Positions 11,980 to 20,012 of a stretch of DNA of 24,000 nucleotides are shown here, one piece after another. The notes below the pieces were generated by a model that worked only from the letters and a program-made list of their open reading frames with translations, was not told the origin of the DNA and ran no database searches. Both the position numbers and the translations under genes were made by a program. Location: NCBI RefSeq assembly GCF_054902955.1, contig NZ_CM142794.1, one strand, 5' to 3'. Numbering within the stretch: the first letter of the stretch is position 1; each line of letters opens with the position of its first letter.

Positions 11980-13065
11980 ATGAAGACGTTTCCTCTGCAA
12001 AGCCTGACGATTATTGAGGCGCAGCAAAAGCAGTTTGCGCTGGTGGATAGCATTTGTCGCCATTTCCCCGGCAGCGAGTTTCTTACTGGCGGTGATTTAG
12101 GGTTAACTCCAGGTCTGAATCAACCGCGTATTACCCAACGGGTGGAGCAGGTGCTGGCTGATGCATTTCACGCACAGGCCGCGGCGCTGGTACAGGGTGC
12201 GGGTACTGGAGCGATTCGTTCGGCGTTGGCGGCTTTGCTCAAACCGGGGCAGCGTCTTCTGGTGCATGACGCGCCTGTTTACCCGACGACACGGGTTATT
12301 ATTGAGCAGATGGGGCTGACGCTTATTACTGCTGATTTCAATGACCTGTCGGCACTGAAGCAGGTCGTCGACGAGCAACAACCGGATGCGGCGCTGGTGC
12401 AGCATACGCGCCAGCAGCCGCAGGACAGCTATGTGCTGGCAGATGTGCTGGCAACGTTGTGCGCGGCAGGTGTTCCAGCCTTAACCGATGACAACTATGC
12501 GGTGATGAAGGTGGCGCGAATCGGCTGCGAATGCGGCGCGAATGTCTCGACATTCTCCTGCTTCAAGTTGTTTGGGCCAGAGGGTGTTGGCGCGGTGGTA
12601 GGCGATGCCGATGTGATCACCAGGATTCGCGCCACGCTCTATTCCGGCGGTAGCCAGATCCAGGGCGCGCAGGCGTTGGAAGTGTTGCGTGGGCTGGTGT
12701 TCGCGCCAGTGATGCACGCGGTGCAGGCGGGGGTATCTGAACGGTTGATGGCCTTGCTCAACGGTGGCGCAGTGCCGGAAGTGAAAAGCGCGGTGATTGC
12801 TAATGCGCAGTCGAAGGTGTTGATTGTCGAGTTTCATCAGCCGATTGCCGCCAGGGTGCTGGAAGAAGCGCAAAAGCGCGGTGCCTTGCCTTACCCGGTG
12901 GGTGCAGAGTCGAAATATGAAATCCCGCCGCTCTTTTATCGCCTTTCCGGAACGTTTCGCCAGGCGAATCCACAATCAGAACATTGTGCGATTCGCATTA
13001 ACCCGAATCGCAGCGGTGAAGAGACGGTGCTGCGGATTTTGCGTGAGAGTATTGCCAGTATTTAA
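11980..13065 (+). CDS. yhfS: PLP-dependent aminotransferase-like protein YhfS
   Basis: 361 aa; FKLFGPEGVGAVVG around the candidate PLP lysine; last gene of the operon and last recognisable backbone gene here. Confidence 0.9.
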   Translation: MKTFPLQSLTIIEAQQKQFALVDSICRHFPGSEFLTGGDLGLTPGLNQPRITQRVEQVLADAFHAQAAALVQGAGTGAIRSALAALLKPGQRLLVHDAPVYPTTRVIIEQMGLTLITADFNDLSALKQVVDEQQPDAALVQHTRQQPQDSYVLADVLATLCAAGVPALTDDNYAVMKVARIGCECGANVSTFSCFKLFGPEGVGAVVGDADVITRIRATLYSGGSQIQGAQALEVLRGLVFAPVMHAVQAGVSERLMALLNGGAVPEVKSAVIANAQSKVLIVEFHQPIAARVLEEAQKRGALPYPVGAESKYEIPPLFYRLSGTFRQANPQSEHCAIRINPNRSGEETVLRILRESIASI

Positions 13066-13101
13066 TGCTGGATAGCACCGTCAAGCTAAATTCCGTACTG
13101 A

Positions 13102-13126
13102 ACGGTCCCCTCGCCCCTTTGGGGAG
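13102..13126 (+). repeat. 25-nt exact copy of the post-trpS GC-rich repeat, lacking its second half
   Basis: acggtcccctcgcccctttggggag is identical to 5403-5427; the sequence then diverges from the trpS copy. Confidence 0.75.
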
Positions 13127-13292
13127 GATCTATTGATATCAACTGATTTCAACAGAGCTAACCCCTCCCCCTTTAACCCCCTTTGAAATAAGATATCATC
13201 AGAAATTCCTTTTCTCTGGGGGTCAATCATATTCCATGAACATCAAGATGATTTTGGGGGCTATTCTGGGGGCTACATTTCAGGGGTAACTC

Positions 13293-14486
13293 ATGCCACT
13301 TACTGTTCGACAAATTGAGTCGGCTAAACCTGCTGACAAGGATTACAAACTTTCTGACGGTCAGGGCCTTTATCTTCTTGTCAAAAAATCCGGTGCCCGT
13401 TACTGGAATCTGAAGTACCGGTTTGCCGGTAAGGAAAAGAAACTGGTGATTGGTGTCTATCCTGACATATCACTGGCTCAGGCTCGTCAGAAGCGGGATG
13501 AAGCACGTAAACTTCTGGCTGAAGGTAAAGATCCGTCGTATGAAAAACAGGCGCGAAAACTTGCCATCAGGGAAAGTATGGCCTGCACATTTCGCACCAT
13601 TGCAGAGGAGCTGCTTACTCATATGGCACGTCGATGGACAACAGGTTACCAGGCAGACCAGCGTGCAAGACTTGAAAATCATGTTTTCCCTGCTCTTGGA
13701 AACCGTCCTGTGACCGGGATCCGCCCCATGGAAATACTGAACGTCCTGAGGACTATAGAAGAACAGGGAAAACTTGAAGCACTGCGTAAAACACGCCAGC
13801 TCTGTGCGCAGGTTTTTGATTATGCCATAGCAACAGGGCGTGCAACCGTTAATCCGGCATCGACACTCAGCGGGGTACTGCTTCCTCCTGAAAAACAACA
13901 GCGCAGGACGCTTTCTGAAGAACAGATAGGAGCTTTCATGTATCAGATAACGGCTTCCGGAAATCTGATGTCGCTGGCAACGCGGATGCTGGTTCTGACC
14001 GCTGTTCGCACCGGAGAACTGCGACTGGCAACCTGGGACGAAATTAATTTCACGGAGGCCCTGTGGGTTATTCCGAAAGAAAGAATGAAAATGCGACGAC
14101 CGCACGTTGTGCCGCTTTCACGGCAGGTACTGGCGTTACTGGAGGAGATAAAAACACGCACTGGATCGCGTAATTCCGCCTTTATTATTCCTGGTGCATT
14201 CAGAAAAGATCTCCCGCGAAACCGCAAGTGTATCAATGAATTCCTTGAGCAGTCAGGCTGGCATGCCCTGACAACAGCCCACGGATTTCGTCATACCTTC
14301 AGCACCATTCTCCATGACCATGATTTCAGCTCAGCCTGGATTGAACTCCAGCTTGCTCATGTTGATAAAAACGTCATGCGTGGCACTTATAACCATGCGC
14401 AATATCTGGATGGACGTCGTGAAATGATGCAGTGGTACGCTGATTACATTGATTCACTTATGGAGAAAAACGTAAAAACGAAATAA
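13293..14486 (+). CDS. tyrosine recombinase / P4-like prophage integrase
   Basis: 397 aa; MPLTVRQIESAKPADKDYKLSDGQGLYLLVKKSGARYWNLKYRFAGKEKKLVIGVYPDISLAQAR (DUF4102-type arm-binding N-terminus), catalytic LTAVRTGEL...HGFRHTFSTILH...HAQYLDGR. Confidence 0.96.
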   Translation: MPLTVRQIESAKPADKDYKLSDGQGLYLLVKKSGARYWNLKYRFAGKEKKLVIGVYPDISLAQARQKRDEARKLLAEGKDPSYEKQARKLAIRESMACTFRTIAEELLTHMARRWTTGYQADQRARLENHVFPALGNRPVTGIRPMEILNVLRTIEEQGKLEALRKTRQLCAQVFDYAIATGRATVNPASTLSGVLLPPEKQQRRTLSEEQIGAFMYQITASGNLMSLATRMLVLTAVRTGELRLATWDEINFTEALWVIPKERMKMRRPHVVPLSRQVLALLEEIKTRTGSRNSAFIIPGAFRKDLPRNRKCINEFLEQSGWHALTTAHGFRHTFSTILHDHDFSSAWIELQLAHVDKNVMRGTYNHAQYLDGRREMMQWYADYIDSLMEKNVKTK

Positions 14487-14494
14487 GCCATCAC

Positions 14495-14521
14495 CCCCAC
14501 CAACCACAGCGGTTGGTGGGG
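14495..14521. other. strong hairpin just downstream of the integrase gene
   Basis: CCCCACCAACC-acagc-GGTTGGTGGGG: 11-bp perfect stem, 5-nt loop, 8 nt after the integrase stop; no T-run. Confidence 0.65.
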
Positions 14522-14852
14522 AGTCAACTACCATTTGTATTTTTTGATTTCTGCCTTCAGGCGACATACTCAATATCATCTGATGAGCGAAGATACCCCA
14601 CCCAAAATGATGGTAGCTTCACATCGTCATTTTCATATAGCAGCACACTGCTGTTCTGACCTCGTAGTCACATTTCTACAGCATCATTACCAGTCAGGCT
14701 GATTGCTCCTCATTGAAAGAATGAATCCATGACTAACACAAAAATAGCTCTGGCCGGCTGTTACCGGTGTGAGAAGAAACTTGATACAAACTGCCGTGGG
14801 CTTTATTCTTGGAGAACTATAAGTTTTTCCAGATTTACAACAGATTCAGCAT

Positions 14853-15908
14853 ATGAACAGATTACGCTTTGAAGTGAAGAATAATCAGGGCTGCTTCATT
14901 TTCCCGGAAACCTGGTATGAATCACTACTGGAGAAGTTTAACGAACTGCTTGACTCCTTTGACGAGGATGAGATCAGCGACAGGTCTTATATCAATGCCC
15001 TGAAGCGTATCACACAACAGGAACCGGATTTTATTGATGCGTATGCATACATGGCATATGCCTTTCTGGAGCAGGAGACACCGCGAAAAGCGCTGAATAT
15101 TGCACTCAAAGGACTGGCGGCAGGTAACCGACTGATACCTGAAGGTTTCACCGGTGAAATCAGCTGGTTACATCCGGAAAACAGGCCCTTTCTGAATGCC
15201 CTTTACGCCGCCATCCTCGCGAATGTGCACCTGCAGCATCATCAGAATGCTGTCATGCTCATTGATAAAATTCTGGCTTACAATCCTTCAGATAATCCGG
15301 GAGCACGCTGGTTACTGGGACCGGAACTGTTGCGTTCTGGTGACCATGAACGGGCTCTCTGTGTTCTCCGGCAGTATGCAGATGAATTTTCGCCTTACTG
15401 GTATGAGCTTGGTCTTCTGCATTTTATTAATGGAGAGCCGGTGAAGGCAGCGACAGCTTTCCGGCGCGGCTTTGCAGAAAATACTTATATCGCGGAGATT
15501 CTATGCGGAAATCTGTACCCCTTCCCGCTTGCCCTTTGGCATGATTATTCATCTGAGCCGGATACAGCCAGACAGTATTATGAAACATTCTGCCCGTTAT
15601 GGGGAAAATATCCCGAGGCATTGTTATTTGTTAACTGGCTCTACAACCAGTCTGGCGTACTGAGCGAACGGGCTGAATTCATGAAGTGTGCTGAAATGCT
15701 GTTAAGGGCAGATGATCAGGAAATGAATGAAAGCATTTTTCAGCAGCGGGAGCTCTTACGGGAAAGAATTGATGATCGTCTTTCTGAGGAAATCGTTCAG
15801 AAATTACGGACATTGAACGGGGAGGAGATCTGGCCCTGGATGTTACCGTTTTCCGGAGAACTGATCCCCGCAGACATTTGCTTTCAGAACAGTCTGAAAT
15901 ATCAGTAA
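14853..15908 (+). CDS. tetratricopeptide-repeat-like hypothetical protein
   Basis: 351 aa continuous frame with repeated helical hairpin patterns (DFIDAYAYMAYAFLEQETPRKALNIALKGLAAG; PYWYELGLLHFINGEPVKAATAFRRGF). Confidence 0.75.
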   Translation: MNRLRFEVKNNQGCFIFPETWYESLLEKFNELLDSFDEDEISDRSYINALKRITQQEPDFIDAYAYMAYAFLEQETPRKALNIALKGLAAGNRLIPEGFTGEISWLHPENRPFLNALYAAILANVHLQHHQNAVMLIDKILAYNPSDNPGARWLLGPELLRSGDHERALCVLRQYADEFSPYWYELGLLHFINGEPVKAATAFRRGFAENTYIAEILCGNLYPFPLALWHDYSSEPDTARQYYETFCPLWGKYPEALLFVNWLYNQSGVLSERAEFMKCAEMLLRADDQEMNESIFQQRELLRERIDDRLSEEIVQKLRTLNGEEIWPWMLPFSGELIPADICFQNSLKYQ

Positions 15909-16009
15909 TATCTGCACCAGGATGCCATTCCGGGGTCAGTAAGGATCTTCCCCCTGACCTGGACAAATGTAATGAAACTCAGCTAAGCCCCAGAAGAGCA
16001 GGCATATAG

Positions 16010-16390
16010 TCAACCGAGGTCGCTGCAATAAACCATCGCGCTTTGATTCCCCCGATGAAGAGGTGACTGGCAGCGACTTCCTGAGCGACGACTTGTCTTT
16101 CCATCAATAGCGACTACCTGAGAAGATAAAACAGGAAGGACTTCTGAACCCCATCGCCGGAACGCAGCTTCAAACTGCTCAGGGACAATCAGCCCAAAAA
16201 GACGGGCGAATGTATCATGGGAAGGTATGCCATTTTTTAGAGGTAAAAAACTGGCGGAGCCACTCAATGCGTTGCCTGCCCAGAGCTCAATTTCCTGAAA
16301 ATTATCCGCACCGACCAGCACACCACAAACGGCAATGGTCAATGTATCAACCAGAGTGTGCCTGACTTGTCCAGGGCTGACAGGGATCAT
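16010..16390 (-). pseudogene. ISAs1-family (H-repeat-like) transposase remnant, N-terminal part
   Basis: VRHTLVDTLTIAVCGVLVGADNFQEIELW...LPLKNGIPSHDTFARLFGLI...VVAIDGKTSRRSG matches the conserved N-terminal half, including the ID-GKT motif; the frame breaks after SRRSG. Confidence 0.82.
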
Positions 16391-16502
16391 GTATTGAGAT
16401 GAATATATCGGTAACCGGCGGTATATGAGACATAATATATCCCTTTGATAAAAAAGGTTATGTTGACATATTTATCCTGCATGTCACGTATCATTATTTT
16501 TC

Positions 16503-16640
16503 ATGCGATTGCCCTGCGGTTACCACCGCTCACAGTTAGTAAAGGACTGGGCGGAAGTGGTCAATATAAGGTTGCATTACCTTCCTCCTTATAGTCCGAA
16601 TCTGAATCCGATTGAACGGATGTGGAAAAATGCTGCTTAA
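16503..16640 (+). pseudogene. IS630-family transposase C-terminal remnant
   Basis: The frame ending at the TAA at 16638-16640 reads ...GYHRSQLVKDWAEVVNIRLHYLPPYSPNLNPIERMWKNAA*, containing the LPPYSPNLNPIERMW signature. It is not in the ORF track because of its short length. Confidence 0.83.
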
Positions 16641-16952
16641 TAGTATTGATGTTCATCTTTATGCCTCTAAAAGAAAGCATAAGATCACAACAGGCTCAGC
16701 AGGTCAATCACTCTATTTTTGTTCAAAAAACGTTCATGATCTTGCCCTACCCAATTTTGTGGGTAAGGATATGCGATGAAATTCTCCTTGCAGTTTAATA
16801 CAACCTTTCCATATTAAGCGGCAGTATTACCTGCCAGTCAGGATAATTTTACACCTAATGTTAGTTAAAATTTGTGCAACTTGAAACAATAATACTACAG
16901 TATCCACTATCGTCAGCACATCTCAAATACTATTTTTTATGAAACGTTTATT

Positions 16953-17621
16953 TTATAAATCATTATCAATCAAACTCAGGAATGTATCTCTGGCATAATT
17001 ACCAACGATGTTGGTTGTTATCGCATCAAGACTACCACCAACGATTCCTCCTACAACAGGAACAAACTTTGACATATTAATAACACCAGTAGCACCTGTT
17101 TTTGTAAGCAGTCTGAAACCGACTGCCTTATTTATCTTTACAATAATATCTTTACTAATACATCTAATTGCATTTGTTGTCAACTTTTGTCCTATCTGAA
17201 TTCCTGCTTCCTTCAAAATATCTTTCGCAGCATTACCTACAAGACAGGTATAAACAATAGTTCTGACTTTATCATCACGAATATCCTGGCCACACATGAT
17301 CGCAATAGATGCAACCATCCTGACCTGAATGAAAAGGACACTTGAAATATTGGTCGGTATAGTTACTGGTAATGTAATAATTCCTCCAAGACCAGTAAGA
17401 AAACCTGATGTGGCTGACTTGGTATTTTGCCATCGAATAAGGCTATTTATCTGTTCTTTTAAACTACTACCCGTTTTCAGATAACTTTCCGCAAGACTAT
17501 GTGCCGTATCAATTCCTGGGATACCAATACCATCGATGGATTTTTCATAAGCGTAATCCAGAAATTTTATGATTTTTGATGGCGTGAGAATATTTTCATT
17601 ATCAGTCATACAACAAAACAC
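16953..17621 (-). CDS. EcsC-family-like protein with hydrophobic central segments
   Basis: 222 aa; GFLTGLGGIITLPVTIPTNISSVLFIQVRMVASIAIMCGQD and a C-terminal VPVVGGIVGGSLDAITTNIVGNYA pattern. The start may be at 17609 (MTDNENIL). Confidence 0.72.
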   Translation of the reverse strand: MFCCMTDNENILTPSKIIKFLDYAYEKSIDGIGIPGIDTAHSLAESYLKTGSSLKEQINSLIRWQNTKSATSGFLTGLGGIITLPVTIPTNISSVLFIQVRMVASIAIMCGQDIRDDKVRTIVYTCLVGNAAKDILKEAGIQIGQKLTTNAIRCISKDIIVKINKAVGFRLLTKTGATGVINMSKFVPVVGGIVGGSLDAITTNIVGNYARDTFLSLIDNDL

Positions 17622-17700
17622 CTAAAAATTTCACGATCACTTTCTAAAAACTATCTCCGACAGATATCGGAACACCAGTATTATCACCAATTAAATAATA

Positions 17701-17922
17701 TTATTTTTTGAGAAACAATTGTATTGCTCTGGCAAAAAGATTTTCTGTAATTGTAGCCTTACGTTTATAAATAACTTTCTCTCCACACACAGGACATTCA
17801 TAAAATCCTGCTGTACAATTCATATGAATAATAGTTTTACTCCATTGACAATTTGTACAGATAAATGTAATGGGTGGACAGGGAAAAATCATTGGCTCAC
17901 ACTCTCGATATATAAATAACAC
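17701..17922 (-). CDS. small zinc-ribbon-like protein
   Basis: 73 aa (or 63 aa from the internal Met at 17892); CTNCQW...CTAGFYECPVCGEK has two CxxC knuckles and a basic tail. Confidence 0.65.
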   Translation of the reverse strand: MLFIYRECEPMIFPCPPITFICTNCQWSKTIIHMNCTAGFYECPVCGEKVIYKRKATITENLFARAIQLFLKK

Positions 17923-17982
17923 TTACAGGGACATGTAAATATTTTCGATTTATCCCTATAAAAATAACTTCACCTCCAGTAA

Positions 17983-18336
17983 TCAATTCAGTTCTGTAAG
18001 ACGATCGATTATTTTACGTAGTTCATCTGCAGAATCACATGTATCCAGTGAAATTTTTATTCTAAAATTCTTTAACCAATTAGCAGCCTCCTGATCTTCA
18101 CGCCATAAACGCTCCCCGCTCCAATCCCCCCTAAAACATAGAGCAGCAATAGCCAATCCTCTGCATGCTGGCCGATTATGCTCAGATGTATTATTTTGGT
18201 TATAAAAATCGTTAATTCTTTCTACCGGAGATGATTTTATTTTATCCCACACATTGAAATTAGCTTTTTTCATCGTTTCAGCAGCAGCATTAGAAGCAAG
18301 CTTACCGAATCCCATTATAGCATCCCAAAATCCCAT
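17983..18336 (-). CDS. hypothetical protein, 117 aa, first gene of the minus-strand cassette
   Basis: ATG preceded by an AAGGTGAT-like Shine-Dalgarno on the minus strand; the AT-rich upstream region includes TATTATATAG; collinear with the zinc-ribbon and EcsC-like genes. Confidence 0.65.
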   Translation of the reverse strand: MGFWDAIMGFGKLASNAAAETMKKANFNVWDKIKSSPVERINDFYNQNNTSEHNRPACRGLAIAALCFRGDWSGERLWREDQEAANWLKNFRIKISLDTCDSADELRKIIDRLTELN

Positions 18337-18548
18337 ATATCACCTTATGCTATATAATATCTAAATGAGTATCTAATCTTTTAGAACCACTATTTGGACA
18401 ATGGTTTTACGCCACTTACATCTGGTACAAATGAATGTAACCGGGGGCTGAGGAAGTGCCATGAAGGTACGTGTCTGTTGTATTAAACTATCAAATCAGA
18501 CCACACGCTGCGATTTTGAATTTAACAACGTGTAGTCAGATATTACAT

Positions 18549-19298
18549 TCAGAAGCTGTATGTAGCACCTAACGTAAATTCGTTACTTCTGACATCAACA
18601 GAGGATTTATATGTATCCTGCCCGTCTTCATACGTCAGGGTTGAATCACCTGCATCAAGATAGCGATAAGCAAGGTCAAGACTGAAATCCGGGGTGACCT
18701 CATATTTCACGCCAACACCAAGGCTCCATGCGAAATTGTTATCATATCCCGAGTAATGTAATGAAGAAGCATCACTTACTTCACCTGATTTATTCCAGGA
18801 GGTATCGGTGTATGTTGCCTTATGATGTACCCGCGCATAACCCAGTCCGGCTGATACCCACGGAGTGAAAGCACTGCTGTTTCTGAAATCATAATACGTG
18901 TTCACCATCAGGGTATTCACGCTGAGCCTGTTTTGTGTGTCTTCCTTCCAACCATTATCTCCAGACGGGGACTCCCATGTATCCAGTGGATAGCGGGAAT
19001 TCGCAGAGCCGCGACCATAGAATTCAACTTCCGTGCGTACAGGGACATTGTAGTGCTGATAAAAGTCGTATCCCACCGCAAGGCCAGCACCAAAAACCGT
19101 ATCGCTCTTGTCACCGCCTTTATACTTATAAACATCATCCCCAAAGTCCTGACTAAAGCGCTGATTATCCTGAGTGATAACAGATGCACCAGCCTTACCC
19201 GTGATATAGAAACCGGTTTTATCCGCATCTGCCAGCGTCAGCGTTGAAAACGTACCGGTAAGCGCAGCTACCGCAGTGAGTGCCAGTAACTTTTTCAC
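18549..19298 (-). CDS. Tia/Hek/Hra-like outer membrane beta-barrel (adhesin/invasin family)
   Basis: 249 aa; signal peptide MKKLLALTAVAALTGTFSTLTLA, KTGFYITGKAGASV..., AVGYDFY, alternating amphipathic strands, terminal SNEFTLGATYSF with C-terminal Phe. GTG start with AGGAGAGG just upstream. Confidence 0.8.
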   Translation of the reverse strand: MKKLLALTAVAALTGTFSTLTLADADKTGFYITGKAGASVITQDNQRFSQDFGDDVYKYKGGDKSDTVFGAGLAVGYDFYQHYNVPVRTEVEFYGRGSANSRYPLDTWESPSGDNGWKEDTQNRLSVNTLMVNTYYDFRNSSAFTPWVSAGLGYARVHHKATYTDTSWNKSGEVSDASSLHYSGYDNNFAWSLGVGVKYEVTPDFSLDLAYRYLDAGDSTLTYEDGQDTYKSSVDVRSNEFTLGATYSF

Positions 19299-19383
19299 AA
19301 TCCACCTCTCCTGATGTTTCCTTCAGACATATGAATTTGTCCAATTTTAAGACGGATTTCTCATTGGTAAAATGAATTGTACA

Positions 19384-19410
19384 GATCGTATCGATCGATA
19401 TAATCGATCG
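19384..19410. promoter_or_regulatory. three clustered GATC sites, two inside a perfect CGATCGAT-ATA-ATCGATCG palindrome, upstream of the OMP gene
   Basis: GATC at 19384, 19393 and 19406; palindrome at 19392-19410 (8-bp arms, 3-nt spacer), about 90-110 nt upstream of the minus-strand start at 19298. Confidence 0.55.
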
Positions 19411-19612
19411 TTAAGCAGAAAAAAGATTTATCGTCAGCGAAGATTTGTTTATGGAAATGAGTGAAAAACGGGTTAAAAAACAGACTGTGCTGCTCATGTG
19501 AAACGGGAAGTGACGGGATAAGAAGTTATGTGAGGATTGTTACGGGAAATGCTGTTTTACGTTGTTAAAATGTAACTCCGCAATGAAACTATTCCCTGTG
19601 GAGGTCCTGTAA

Positions 19613-19966
19613 ATGAACAAAGCACTCTCTTCCATTCTGCTCATCTTCGGTATCTGTACATCATCACTGGCCGCTGAAAAAAACAGAACCGTCAGTTTTC
19701 CACGATGTGAAGGGCAGGAAGCATCGACTGTTGCAGCCAGCGTAAAACGGGACTATCTCCAGAAACAGGTGCTTCAGTGGAAAGATGACCAGGAAATTCT
19801 CGGTCAGCTGCGCCCCGTTGTCTGGGTGAATCTTCGTGAGCCGGTAAATAAAGGTGATAATGTCATCACGGTGCATCTCACTGCCCGTGGAAAGAAAGCA
19901 GATATTCAGTATCGTGTGCGCGTTGACTGTAAGAACGGAAGTGCTACCTGGCAACGCCAGGGATGA
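19613..19966 (+). CDS. YebF-like small secreted/periplasmic protein (island paralog)
   Basis: 117 aa; signal peptide ([20 protein letters not shown]), then [46 protein letters not shown]...[19 protein letters not shown], collinear with YebF ([20 protein letters not shown]...WADDQKIVGQ...VRGKSADIHYQVSVDCKAG). Confidence 0.87.
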   Translation: [117 protein letters not shown]

Positions 19967-20012
19967 ACGGGTGAAGTTGAATACAGAGCCCGAACGAACA
20001 GGCTCTCCATAC

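Noticed and set aside
12481-12975. 164-aa minus-strand ORF within yhfS
   Set aside because: Antisense shadow of a conserved coding gene.
13950-14240. 97-aa minus-strand ORF inside the integrase gene
   Set aside because: Antisense to the catalytic domain of the integrase; no independent support.
16953-18336. Classical toxin-antitoxin or known restriction/defence system
   Set aside because: No known toxin, antitoxin, nuclease, helicase or methylase motif could be seen in the three proteins; reported only as an unassigned cassette.
18917-19247. Three overlapping plus-strand ORFs opposite the OMP gene
   Set aside because: They overlap each other and the well-supported signal-peptide/beta-barrel protein on the minus strand.
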